DNA from: Candidatus Hadarchaeota archaeon
Lineage (GTDB): Archaea > Hadarchaeota > Hadarchaeia > Hadarchaeales > JAWBSP01
Direction: 5' to 3'
Length of the DNA stretch: 50,736 nucleotides
Assembly (NCBI GenBank): GCA_964474885.1
Contig: CAYYWO010000007.1
Location: forward strand, 1-50,736
The notes under the pieces are model-generated. The model saw nothing but the letters and a program-made list of their open reading frames with translations. It was not told where the DNA came from and ran no database searches. Made by a program: the position numbers and the translations under genes. Shown here in pieces: positions 1 through 9,087 of the stretch. The stretch's first letter is position 1, and each line of letters opens with the position of its first letter.

Positions 1-55
1 CTGGCTCTCCCGCCACGGGCCGCCCCGTCAACCGGCCTCATGCGGGTTTGAGTGC
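1..55. repeat. 55-bp perfect inverted repeat with the last 55 bp of the window
   Basis: 1-55 is the exact reverse complement of 50682-50736; identity stops at 56/50681. Confidence 0.98.
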
Positions 56-109
56 CCCCGGGCATGATGACTACCTGCAAGCCTCACCCGTCAGGGTGGG
101 GTAGTTGAC
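1..109 (-). mobile_element. Terminus of an IS200/IS605-superfamily element (HEARO/omegaRNA-like structured end), running off the left window edge
   Basis: Minus strand from 109 reads GTCAACTAC-CCCACCC-tgac-GGGTGAG-GCTTG...GGTTGAC: a subterminal hairpin plus an internal GTTGAC (plus 27-32) complementary to the terminal GTCAAC. A second diverged copy sits at 50624-50736. No nuclease or transposase gene lies inside the window. Confidence 0.72.
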
Positions 110-915
110 TCGAGCATGAGTTCCATGACTTCGTCGATGTTTTCGACTTCTCTTATCTCGAGCCCCCATCCCTGGTTCTCGGACCACTCATTCAGATCCA
201 CGACCTCTGGAACATAGGTGGTCCAGGTAAACCACCCTATGCGCCTTGTTACCTGCTCATACATCACGACCTTGCTTTGACCCTTGGGAACCAGCATCAG
301 TTTGGCTCCGTGGGCGGCAGCAGCTTCCGCCTTGTAGAAGACCCCACCAACCTGACCTATGGTCCCATCAGGCTGGATTGTACCAGTGATGACGACATCA
401 GGTTTTATCTGCCTGTTCTCGAGAGCAGCTATCAGGGCGATAGTGGTAGCAGCCCCCGCACTGGGGCCGTCAATGGCTTCGACGGTGATTTCTTTCCCAG
501 GCCCTGCCACCCTGAAGAAGATGTCAACACCCTTTATGCCCACACCATCTTCCGCAACTTCTAATCCAACCTTTTTCGCAGCTACCCTTGCCGCTACCCG
601 GCTGGCTTCTTGGAAGTCGAAGCCGACTAAAGTAGGGTCGATATCCATGTAAAGCCCTCCATGTCCCGGTGCAACCTTAACAGCCAAAGTACAAACGACA
701 CCGAGGGGCTGGCTTCCGGAGGCTACGGCTAGTATATTGATGACTCTGCCTGTCGGTCCAGCCCACTCCAGCAGTTCCTCTTCGCTGAGGGCAGTCTTAC
801 CCTCCAGCGGGATCATGGAAAGTCCATAACCGCAGAGCAACCCTATCAAGAATGCACCAACAAGGGCTAGGTGGCCTATCTTAGCTCTTTTTCGGCGTGT
901 ACGGCGCACACCCAT
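91..915 (-). CDS. Membrane-anchored Lon-like (S16) serine protease, proteolytic domain only
   Basis: N-terminal basic stretch plus TM helix; DGPSAG catalytic Ser motif; ITGTI..DG.IG.VGGV..K (Lys of the Ser-Lys dyad); no AAA+ domain. The C-terminal STTPP is encoded by the mobile-element end. Confidence 0.85.
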   Translation of the reverse strand: MGVRRTRRKRAKIGHLALVGAFLIGLLCGYGLSMIPLEGKTALSEEELLEWAGPTGRVINILAVASGSQPLGVVCTLAVKVAPGHGGLYMDIDPTLVGFDFQEASRVAARVAAKKVGLEVAEDGVGIKGVDIFFRVAGPGKEITVEAIDGPSAGAATTIALIAALENRQIKPDVVITGTIQPDGTIGQVGGVFYKAEAAAAHGAKLMLVPKGQSKVVMYEQVTRRIGWFTWTTYVPEVVDLNEWSENQGWGLEIREVENIDEVMELMLESTTPP

Positions 916-1090
916 TCATTTCTAGTTCAATGGCAATTTTGCTTACCTCTGCCTTGGAGTGACAGATGGCAGAGCACTTGAAATTTAGCGAAACTTTCGA
1001 AATGGTGGAAGAATTGAAATCAAAGCCTGCAGAAAAATCGTCTTGGTTGTATCGATGAAACTGTTTATCTTGATTATAAGCACTTGGGGT

Positions 1091-2269
1091 TCACAGACCC
1101 TTGGTTGCCCAGATTTGGAAGGGGAGAGCAAAGAGTTTTACTGCACCGATGGCGTCCCTTTGATCGAAACCCGTTTTCTTGACAGACCTTATCTCGGGGG
1201 CAAAGAGGGCGTTTTTAGACTCCCTCCTCACGATGGATACGTTTCCCTTGTACAGCTTAACCTCGATCTCCCCATTTACGTGTTCTTGGGTCGAGTCAAT
1301 GAAGGCATCCAGATCTCTCTTCAAGGGGTGGTACCACTGGGCGTGATACACGAGTTCTGCCCAGATTTGGTCGATATATCGCTTAAGCTGTAGCTGCTGT
1401 TTTGTGAGGCATAGGTGCTCGAGGTCTGCGTGCGTTTGCAGGAGTATCATGGCGGCAGGGGCCTCGTACAGCTCTCTGGACTTTAGGTTTAGTATCCCGT
1501 CCTCCAAGATGTCAATCCTACCTATTCCGTGCTTTCCTCCCACTTCGTTCAGATGGAAGATCTGTTCCACGGGATCCCTAATTCCGTTGACGCTCACAGG
1601 GACACCTTTCTCGAAAGTTATTTTGATGAAGGCCGGCTCATTGGGGGCTTCCTCCGGCGGGACGGTCCAAATGTAGTCCTTTGGATACTGGGATTGAAGA
1701 TCTTCGACTTGTCCACTTCCTATTGAGTGCGACCACATGTTGATATCGCCACCTAATTCTCCCCGGCTGGGTTTGGGCTCGATCCCATATTTTTTCAGTT
1801 CTTCCTCCTCCTTGCTCCTCACCAAGTTCAGCTCACGCACAGGTGCAACTACTTTTAGCTGCGGGGCGAGATACTTGAAAGTCGCCTCCATGCGGAACTG
1901 ATCGTTACCCTTCCCGGTGCACCCATGTGCTACAGCTTCAGCATTTTCCTCTTTTGCCACTTGGGCCACCTTAGTCGCTATGAGGACCCTCGACATGGAA
2001 GTACCGATGGGGTATCCTTGGTAGCTCCCGTTTGCCTTGATGCAACGATGGATGTACTGCTCCACAAACTCTTTTTTCGCATCGAAGAACCGGATGTCGT
2101 AACCAAGCTTCTCAGCCCTTTCCCGGGCCGTCTGTATTTCTTCTTCTCCCTGCCCAACGTCTACCAAAACCGGTATTACTTCATCGAACCCATAGGTCTC
2201 CTTGAGGGCGATCAATATGTAGGTCGAATCCAGCCCACCCGAATACGCAACCACCACCTTCCTCGTCAT
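1091..2269 (-). CDS. argG: Argininosuccinate synthase
   Basis: AYSGGLDS PP-loop, HGCTGKGNDQ.R and KSRELYEAPA motifs. Start set to the ATG at 2269 (MTRKVVVAY) rather than 2317. Confidence 0.96.
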   Translation of the reverse strand: MTRKVVVAYSGGLDSTYILIALKETYGFDEVIPVLVDVGQGEEEIQTARERAEKLGYDIRFFDAKKEFVEQYIHRCIKANGSYQGYPIGTSMSRVLIATKVAQVAKEENAEAVAHGCTGKGNDQFRMEATFKYLAPQLKVVAPVRELNLVRSKEEEELKKYGIEPKPSRGELGGDINMWSHSIGSGQVEDLQSQYPKDYIWTVPPEEAPNEPAFIKITFEKGVPVSVNGIRDPVEQIFHLNEVGGKHGIGRIDILEDGILNLKSRELYEAPAAMILLQTHADLEHLCLTKQQLQLKRYIDQIWAELVYHAQWYHPLKRDLDAFIDSTQEHVNGEIEVKLYKGNVSIVRRESKNALFAPEIRSVKKTGFDQRDAIGAVKLFALPFQIWATKGL

Positions 2270-2326
2270 TTCCGAGCTTCTAGGTTCAGTGAAAATAAAA
2301 GGCTTCTGTTTTAACAAAATGTCTAT

Positions 2327-3814
2327 TTATCTGACTCCAGCCTTTCTCAGAAGTTCAGAAATGCTTTTATCGATCTTGTTTTGGACCTCATCAAGCGACC
2401 TTCTTCTCTTTTTAAGCTCCCCCCTTCTTTTGAGCAACATCCTCCTAGCCTCAGCTGGATTTGGAGACCCCCTTGTTTTGCGGAACCGAAGGGAGGCAAG
2501 CGGCTCCGCATACTTCTTGATGAAGTCAGGCCTCAGCTTCAGTTTTTGCCCAGCTTTTTCAGAAATTTCCTCCAGTTCTTGAACAGATAGCTCAGTCAGT
2601 TTCCTCCCCTCTTCAGCACACTTCCTCACAGCTTGACCTATGACTCTGTGAGCCAACCTGAAAGGTACCCCGTACTCCAATACGAGCCCTTCCGCCAAAT
2701 CCAGTGCTAGGGCGTAGCTCCCCCTCGACACGGAGAGGCATCTCTCTTCGTTGATTTTCAGAGTAGAGATCACCCCTTTCAAAACTGCTAGGGAGTCTTG
2801 GGTGAGATCGAATATCTTCCATAAGATGGGTTTGGTTTCTTGTAAATCTCGGTTGTAGCCTGTGACCAATCCCTTTAGAATTGAGAAAAGCCCCATACAG
2901 AGCCCTTGGACCTCTGCCGCCCTTGCCCTCATCAGTTCTAAGGTGCAGGGGTTCACTTTTTGAGGCATGACACTGGAGGTGGAAGCATACTCGTCTGAGG
3001 GGGTGACAAATCCGAATTCATTCGAGGACCACAGGATGAGGTCTTCCGCAATCCTACTTAGGTCGCTCATGAGGATGTTGAGGCATGAAGCAACCTCCAG
3101 CATGAAACCCCTCGAGCTTACGGCCGAGAGGGAGTTCTCGACGAGTCCTGAGAATCCCAAGAGTTTGACTGCCATTTCTCTCTTTATGGGAAGACCGGTA
3201 CCGGCAACCGCACAGGCCCCGAGGGGGGAGAGATTGACTCTCTTGAAGCAATCGACCAGCCTGTCGTAGTCCTCAAGCAGATCATCAAACTTGGACAAGA
3301 AATAGTGCCCCAAAGAGCCTATCTGTGCCTGTTGCGTGTGCGTGTAAAAGGGAATCGGTAGCTCAACGCATCCCTCAGCCCTGTGGAGGAACTCTTCAGA
3401 GGTTTTCAGCAGCAGATCGCACGTTTTCAGTAACTCCTTCCTGACTCTAAGTCTGATCGCGAGTGCGACCTGATCGTTCCTGGATCTTCCAGAGTGGATC
3501 TTGCCACCTATCTCGATACCGACTCTCTTAATGACTTCGTTTTCCAAAAACTCGTGCACATCCTCGTAGGGTCCCTCCAGTCTCAGCTCTCCGCTTCTTG
3601 CCTGTTTCAGGAGTCCCCCTAGTACCCTGCAGATTTTCCTGCACTCTCTCTCGGTCAAAACGCCTGCCTCCTTCAGGCCCAAGACATGGGCGAGCGTCCC
3701 CAGGATATCGTCTACCAATATCCTCTCGTCGTCCCGCAAAGAGGAAACGAAATCAAGCGCCTTCGGGCAGAGTCCCCTCGATACTCGAGCCCTGTAAAGA
3801 GACTCTTCGCTCAA
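2327..3814 (-). CDS. argH: Argininosuccinate lyase
   Basis: HSGRSRNDQV, YTHTQQAQ, SSVMPQKVNP fumarase/ASL signature and YNRDLQE; adjacent to argG. Confidence 0.96.
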   Translation of the reverse strand: MSEESLYRARVSRGLCPKALDFVSSLRDDERILVDDILGTLAHVLGLKEAGVLTERECRKICRVLGGLLKQARSGELRLEGPYEDVHEFLENEVIKRVGIEIGGKIHSGRSRNDQVALAIRLRVRKELLKTCDLLLKTSEEFLHRAEGCVELPIPFYTHTQQAQIGSLGHYFLSKFDDLLEDYDRLVDCFKRVNLSPLGACAVAGTGLPIKREMAVKLLGFSGLVENSLSAVSSRGFMLEVASCLNILMSDLSRIAEDLILWSSNEFGFVTPSDEYASTSSVMPQKVNPCTLELMRARAAEVQGLCMGLFSILKGLVTGYNRDLQETKPILWKIFDLTQDSLAVLKGVISTLKINEERCLSVSRGSYALALDLAEGLVLEYGVPFRLAHRVIGQAVRKCAEEGRKLTELSVQELEEISEKAGQKLKLRPDFIKKYAEPLASLRFRKTRGSPNPAEARRMLLKRRGELKKRRRSLDEVQNKIDKSISELLRKAGVR

Positions 3815-4524
3815 CGCTCCCCCCCTTCACCGGCGGTTATGAGCGGGAAAACCTCCTCAAAGATAAATCCAACGAAGCTCTCGATAGTCGACCTCGAGAA
3901 GAGCGTTATCACAGAGTTTCTCGTGAGCCCCACTACCATACCTTTGTTCGCGACCTCAAAAACGATGTACCACAGCTTTCCGTGCTTGAGGTACTCCCGG
4001 TAGAGATTGGTGTCCGTCAGGCTCGGGCCCGAGAGCGCAAGCTTCTTTATCCCAGGGATGTCTATCTGATCGAACCATATGAGCTTTGTCGCACCAGGAT
4101 TCGACTCATGTAGTTTCTGGAGGGTCTGGTGGGGAATGTAGGTCTCCACAATGGAGCCGGTCTTAATGAAGAGCACCTCGCTCAGCTTGTTTGCGACGTA
4201 ATCGGTCAGGAGCTTCTTCACCCCTCTGGGTTTTGAGGGGGCGAGTGGGACGAGGAACATCCGGTTCTGGTACTTCTTTATCCAGAAGGGGACTTCCTCG
4301 GTCACGAGGGTTTCAACAAGCCCCCTGCGGTAAAACCTGCTCAGCACGTAATCCTTGGTGAAGATGCCGAAGATAGTATCCTTGCTCAGTTTGAGATCCA
4401 AGATCTCCGTTATGAGCTTCTTGTCCTTGTACGGTTCCTCTTCCCTGAAGTCTTTCAGCTTTCTAGCGATGGTCGTGTAGTCCAGTTGCTCCTTCAGCTC
4501 GTAGACTTTTGCAACTAGTACCAT
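3811..4524 (-). CDS. Hypothetical protein (237 aa), coupled to argH
   Basis: Long ORF with normal composition and a 4-bp overlap with the argH start; no recognisable motif. Confidence 0.7.
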   Translation of the reverse strand: MVLVAKVYELKEQLDYTTIARKLKDFREEEPYKDKKLITEILDLKLSKDTIFGIFTKDYVLSRFYRRGLVETLVTEEVPFWIKKYQNRMFLVPLAPSKPRGVKKLLTDYVANKLSEVLFIKTGSIVETYIPHQTLQKLHESNPGATKLIWFDQIDIPGIKKLALSGPSLTDTNLYREYLKHGKLWYIVFEVANKGMVVGLTRNSVITLFSRSTIESFVGFIFEEVFPLITAGEGGER

Positions 4525-4545
4525 TCAATCACTTCAACCGTTTTT

Positions 4546-4632
4546 CTATCTTCGTTTCCGAATCAGCAGGATGGTCAGGAGTAGCAGAACAAGCAGCGGG
4601 AGGAGCATGCGGGATTTGAGCATGAGATACAT
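4546..4632 (-). CDS. Possible 28-aa single-TM peptide with basic tail (MYLMLKSRMLLPLLVLLLLTILLIRKRR)
   Basis: Translated by hand (below the ORF-track cutoff); hydrophobic run followed by RKRR-stop. Confidence 0.35.
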   Translation of the reverse strand: MYLMLKSRMLLPLLVLLLLTILLIRKRR

Positions 4633-4700
4633 CCCTAACTGAGCCCAGCTCTAAAGGAGTTGCTAGGGCCGTAACGTTTAGCGATAACGAAAATCAGCCA

Positions 4701-4775
4701 CGGGCCCGGTGGGATTTGAACCCACGGTTTGCGGCTTAGAAGGCCGCCGCCTTATCCGGGCTAGGCCACGGGCCC
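4701..4775 (-). tRNA. tRNA-Arg(UCU)
   Basis: GGGCCCG/CGGGCCC acceptor stem, anticodon arm GCGGC-CTTCTAA-GCCGC, T loop GTTCAAATC; no intron, no encoded CCA. Confidence 0.95.
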
Positions 4776-4823
4776 ATCACCTTTTTTCACCTAGTCTGGT
4801 TTTAGGATGTACCCGAGAGGGAT

Positions 4824-6188
4824 TTGATGCCGAAGCTTTTCGGGACTTTCGGAGTTCGCGGAATAGCGAACAAGGATTTGACTCCCGAGATCGCATTCGA
4901 GCTGGGGATCTCTCTAGCCACTTACTTGGGGAACCGCGGGAAGGTGGCGGTCGGGCACGACAATCGGACTTCCAGCGAAATGCTGGAGAACGCTTGCATC
5001 TCTGGATTGCTGAGCGGTGGATGCGATGTGATCCGCTTGGGCACAGTTCCAACCCCGGTTCTCTCTTTTGCTGTCAAATTTTTCGACTGCTCGGCTGGAG
5101 TGATCATCACGGCCTCGCACAATCCGCCGGAATGGAACGGCATAAAGTTCTGGAAGGAGGACGGGGGCAGCTTCCCGCACTCGGAGGAGCTGGAGATCGA
5201 GCGGATGATACAGCAGAAATCTTGGAAGATGGCCGAGTGGCAGAAGGTTGGCCGAACGAGGAGGGTGGATGCTCTCTCCCCCTACCTCGAGAACTTGCTG
5301 GAAAGGATCCCCCAGCTCGATCGGAAGCTGAAGATTGTGGTGGATTGCGCAAATGCAACCGGAAGTCTGATAACTCCACGCATGTTGAGGCAGCTGGGGT
5401 GCGAAGTCGTGTCGCTCAACTGCCAGATGGATCCAACTTTCCCCGGCAGACTCCCTGAGCCAACCCCCGAAAACCTGGCCGACCTCTGCTCCATGGTGAG
5501 GAGCACGGGTGCCGATGTGGGCGTGGCTCAGGATGGGGATGCCGACAGAGCCGTCGTGGTGGATGAGCAGGGCAGGGTACTGATGGGGGACAGGACCTTC
5601 GCCCTAGTCACCCAGCATTACTTAAAGGGAAGGGAGCACCCGAGGATAGTCACCACGGTTGCGACGAGTAGCGTCATGGATGAAGTTGCGAGGAAGCTGG
5701 GAGGGGAGATCATCAGAACCAGAGTCGGGGAACCTGAAATAGTGACCGAGATCAGGCAGAACGGAGGGGACATAGGAGGGGAGGAAAACGGCGGGACGAT
5801 CTTCGTGGATTGGACTCTGGCCCGCGATGGCATCATGACCATAGGCCAGTTTGTTTCCTTACTGTCCTCCAGCGGCTTGAAAGTAACGGAGCTGGATTCT
5901 ATGTTGCCCAAGTTCCACCAGCGAAAAGCGAAGGTTAAGTGCCCGAACGAGTTCAAGGAGGAAGTCCTGAGGAGGTTGAAGGAGAAGTTCTCCGGCTACA
6001 AGTTGAACACGATCGATGGCATCCGTGTAGACTTTGCTGACGGTTCTTGGCTTCTCATTCGCCCCTCGGGGACCGAACCCATCTACAGGTGCTTCTCGGA
6101 GGCCAAGGATCCCTCCAGGGCGGATGAGCTGGTGAACTGGGGCCTCCAAGTCTTGCAGGAGATCAAGGGAGAGCTGGGTCTTCCATGA
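4824..6188 (+). CDS. Alpha-D-phosphohexomutase (PGM/PMM/GlmM family)
   Basis: LFGTFGVRG, TASHNP phosphoserine loop, DGDADR metal loop, GEENGG and RPSGTEP. Confidence 0.93.
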   Translation: MMPKLFGTFGVRGIANKDLTPEIAFELGISLATYLGNRGKVAVGHDNRTSSEMLENACISGLLSGGCDVIRLGTVPTPVLSFAVKFFDCSAGVIITASHNPPEWNGIKFWKEDGGSFPHSEELEIERMIQQKSWKMAEWQKVGRTRRVDALSPYLENLLERIPQLDRKLKIVVDCANATGSLITPRMLRQLGCEVVSLNCQMDPTFPGRLPEPTPENLADLCSMVRSTGADVGVAQDGDADRAVVVDEQGRVLMGDRTFALVTQHYLKGREHPRIVTTVATSSVMDEVARKLGGEIIRTRVGEPEIVTEIRQNGGDIGGEENGGTIFVDWTLARDGIMTIGQFVSLLSSSGLKVTELDSMLPKFHQRKAKVKCPNEFKEEVLRRLKEKFSGYKLNTIDGIRVDFADGSWLLIRPSGTEPIYRCFSEAKDPSRADELVNWGLQVLQEIKGELGLP

Positions 6189-7129
6189 AAGCCTTCGTAA
6201 CAGGAGGTGCGGGCTTCATAGGGAGTCACCTGGTTGAGGAACTCCTGAGCAGGGGTTGGCGAGTAGTTGTGCTGGACAACCTATCCACGGGAACTCTGGA
6301 GAATCTCGAGCAGGTCAGGAAAAATCCGAATCTGAAGTTCATCCGAGGTGATTGTCTTAGCCAACGGGATTTGGAAAGATCAATGGAAGGTTGCGAGATA
6401 GTCTTTCATCTTGCTGCCAATCCGGAAGTGAGGATCGGGGCCGTGAATCCGTCTGTTGATCTCGAACAGAATGTGATTGCAACTTTCCGTGTTTTGGAGG
6501 TGATGCGCAAGCTGGGGATCAACAAAATCGTTTTCACATCCTCTTCTACCGTTTACGGGGATGCGGAGATCGTCCCTACGCCGGAGAATGTGCCGCCCAG
6601 ACCGATCTCGACCTATGGAGCGAGCAAATTGGCATGCGAGAGCTTGATCTCCTCGTACTGTCACTGTTTCGATTTTTCGGCTCTTATTTTCAGGCTTGCC
6701 AACATAGTTGGTGCCCGATCCAGGCATGGTGTGATATGGGATTTCATCCAGAAGCTGAGGAGGAATCCACACGAACTAGAAATATTGGGTGATGGAACCC
6801 AGCGTAAATCTTATCTTCACGTGAAGGACTGCATACAGGCCATACTTCACTGTTTGGATAAATTTGAGGAGGGATTTGAAGTCTTCAACTTGGGTTCGGA
6901 AGACCAAGTCACGGTGAAGGAGATCGCTGGCATTGTGGTGAGAATGATGGGATTGGAAGATGTGCGCTTCAGGTTCACGGGAGGTGTTAAGGGAGGGAGG
7001 GGATGGCTGGGCGATGTTAAAATAATGCTTTTGGATATCAGCAAGATAAAGGGGCTGGGCTGGAGGCCGAGCGGAGGGAGCAGGGAGGCGGTAGAGCTAG
7101 CCGCTAGGGAGCTCGCCTGTAACCCTTAG
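6185..7129 (+). CDS. NAD-dependent nucleotide-sugar epimerase/dehydratase (GalE-like extended SDR)
   Basis: TGGAGFIGSH, SSSTVYG and YGASK motifs; ATGA overlap with the upstream mutase. Confidence 0.9.
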   Translation: MKAFVTGGAGFIGSHLVEELLSRGWRVVVLDNLSTGTLENLEQVRKNPNLKFIRGDCLSQRDLERSMEGCEIVFHLAANPEVRIGAVNPSVDLEQNVIATFRVLEVMRKLGINKIVFTSSSTVYGDAEIVPTPENVPPRPISTYGASKLACESLISSYCHCFDFSALIFRLANIVGARSRHGVIWDFIQKLRRNPHELEILGDGTQRKSYLHVKDCIQAILHCLDKFEEGFEVFNLGSEDQVTVKEIAGIVVRMMGLEDVRFRFTGGVKGGRGWLGDVKIMLLDISKIKGLGWRPSGGSREAVELAARELACNP

Positions 7130-8060
7130 CAACTCTAAGCTCAGCGGCCTTCTCCTCTGGGGTGTAGTCGAAAGTCACCGTTCCGGCGCCAGTTTCAACG
7201 CTGGCGAAGAACTTCAGTTTATTTCTTTCCCGGTAGGGTGGGTAGAACTCGATGTGGAAGTGGAAGTAGGGGTAGTCTCCTCTGGCGGGCCTCTGGTGAA
7301 GGACCATCATGTAAGGGAAGGGGTGGCCGAGCAAATTGTCAAACTTAGTGAGTATCTCTTTCAGCGAATCTGCCAACTGAAATCTCTCTCGGGTATCAAG
7401 CTCGTGTAGAGCCTGCACGTGGCGCTTCGGGCATACAAAGACCCCAAAGGGAAGTCTGGCGAAAAAAGGCAGAAAAGTTATGAATCCTTTGTTCTCGTCG
7501 ACGATTCTCACCCCCTCCTTCTTTTCTTCTTGGATAATATCACAGAGGAGGCATCTGCCAGTTCGGCGCATGTACTCTTCACAATTTTTGAGTTCCCTCT
7601 CGATTATGGGCGGGATGAATGGGAAGCCGTAGAGCTGCCCATGTGGGTGGTCTAAGGTCACACCGATTTCTCTCCCTTTGTTTTCGAAAATGTAAACGTA
7701 CTTGATGAAATCGAGTTTTTCAAGCTCAACGAACCTGGAGGCCCACAGATCTATGAGCTCTTTGATGTGATCGATCGTCAGGTTGGACAGGGGGGTATTG
7801 TGATCAGGAGTATAAAGGATGACTTCACAGACGCCCCTGGCGGGCGCTCTCCGGTAAAATTCGTGGGGAGGGGGCTCAGGGGCGTCAGGAGAAAGACTGG
7901 GGAACTTGTTTGGCAGACTTTTCACCCTCCAGTTAGAGTCCGGCACCTCCGGGGCTCCGGGACAGAAGGGGCACTTGGCAACCTTGAGCAGAGGGCGTTC
8001 ACTCCTCGCTGCTGAGACGATTATCCACTCACCTCTTAAAGGGTCCCACCTTAACTCCAT
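7104..8060 (-). CDS. galT: Galactose-1-phosphate uridylyltransferase
   Basis: ELRWDPL..EW, CPFCPG, NKFP, FENKG and the HPHGQ catalytic motif. Confidence 0.93.
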   Translation of the reverse strand: MELRWDPLRGEWIIVSAARSERPLLKVAKCPFCPGAPEVPDSNWRVKSLPNKFPSLSPDAPEPPPHEFYRRAPARGVCEVILYTPDHNTPLSNLTIDHIKELIDLWASRFVELEKLDFIKYVYIFENKGREIGVTLDHPHGQLYGFPFIPPIIERELKNCEEYMRRTGRCLLCDIIQEEKKEGVRIVDENKGFITFLPFFARLPFGVFVCPKRHVQALHELDTRERFQLADSLKEILTKFDNLLGHPFPYMMVLHQRPARGDYPYFHFHIEFYPPYRERNKLKFFASVETGAGTVTFDYTPEEKAAELRVAKGYRRAP

Positions 8061-8118
8061 TCTGTATTATAGAAGCTCAAAAAAGGGAAAACAAAAATTA
8101 CCAGTTTGCAGTTGGTTG

Positions 8119-9087
8119 ATGTTGATATGCGCCCTAGATCTGGGTGCCTCCTTCGTTAGGGCGTGCCTCTTTGATAACGGAAAGATGAAGGCCAGGTTAA
8201 AGGAGGAGACCCAAAAGGGAAGCGCCCGGGAACTGTGTCGTCAGCTTTTTTCAATGGTGAAATCACTGTGTTCTTCGGAAGGCATAAAGGCAACGGACTT
8301 GGCTGGGGTAGGAATAGCGTCAGTCGGTCCGCTGGATTTGAGACAGGGTGCTATTTTGGGCTCTCCCAACTTGGACATACCAAAAGTATCCCTTGTCCCT
8401 TATCTCGAGAGGAACCTAGGAGTTAAAGTCCTCCTCCTAAACGACTGCGTTGCAGCAGCTATAGGAGAGTGGAAGTTCGGGGCGGGAAAGGGCTATAGTG
8501 ACCTTGTATATCTCACCATCAGCACCGGGATTGGCGCGGGGGTCATAGTGGATGGTCATGTGCTTTTTGGTAAAGACGGAAATGCACATGAGGTTGGCCA
8601 CCTTGTGATAGATATTGATGGCAGGCTAGTCTGTGGGGATGGAAAGAGGGGGCACTGGGAGGCTTACTGCTCGGGCAGGAACATCCCCAACTACGTTCGA
8701 ATGAGGCTACCCGAGTTGGAAAGAGAATTCAGGAGGAGCATGTTATGGAAGTTGACTCAGGGGAGGACGGATAAAATAACTTCAGAAAAGCTGTTTTATT
8801 GTGCGAGGAAAGGGGACAGGTTTTCCATACAACTCGTGGAAGAAATAGGGAAGATCAATGCCATGGGCGTTGCTAGTGTGGTGAATGCCTATGATCCCGC
8901 CCTGCTCATTCTGGGGGGGAGCGTCGTTCTCCAGAACAGAGACCTAGTCGTTCGGCCGATACGAAAAAATATCAACAAATATTTGCTGAACAGAAGACCT
9001 AAAATCATCGTTACCTCACTGGGGGAAGATGTGGCGCTGTACGGAGCAGCCGCAGTCGTTAGCAATCCAGAGCTTATTCGGAGATAA
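8119..9087 (+). CDS. ROK-family sugar kinase (glucokinase-like)
   Basis: DLGAS, NDCVAAAIGE, STGIGAG, EVGH and CGDGKRGHWE (variant Zn motif). Start reset to the ATG at 8119 because the longer ORF overlaps galT. Confidence 0.9.
   Translation: MLICALDLGASFVRACLFDNGKMKARLKEETQKGSARELCRQLFSMVKSLCSSEGIKATDLAGVGIASVGPLDLRQGAILGSPNLDIPKVSLVPYLERNLGVKVLLLNDCVAAAIGEWKFGAGKGYSDLVYLTISTGIGAGVIVDGHVLFGKDGNAHEVGHLVIDIDGRLVCGDGKRGHWEAYCSGRNIPNYVRMRLPELEREFRRSMLWKLTQGRTDKITSEKLFYCARKGDRFSIQLVEEIGKINAMGVASVVNAYDPALLILGGSVVLQNRDLVVRPIRKNINKYLLNRRPKIIVTSLGEDVALYGAAAVVSNPELIRR

Noticed and set aside
4709-5458. 249-aa plus-strand ORF
   Set aside because: Starts inside the antisense tRNA-Arg and overlaps the phosphohexomutase in another frame.
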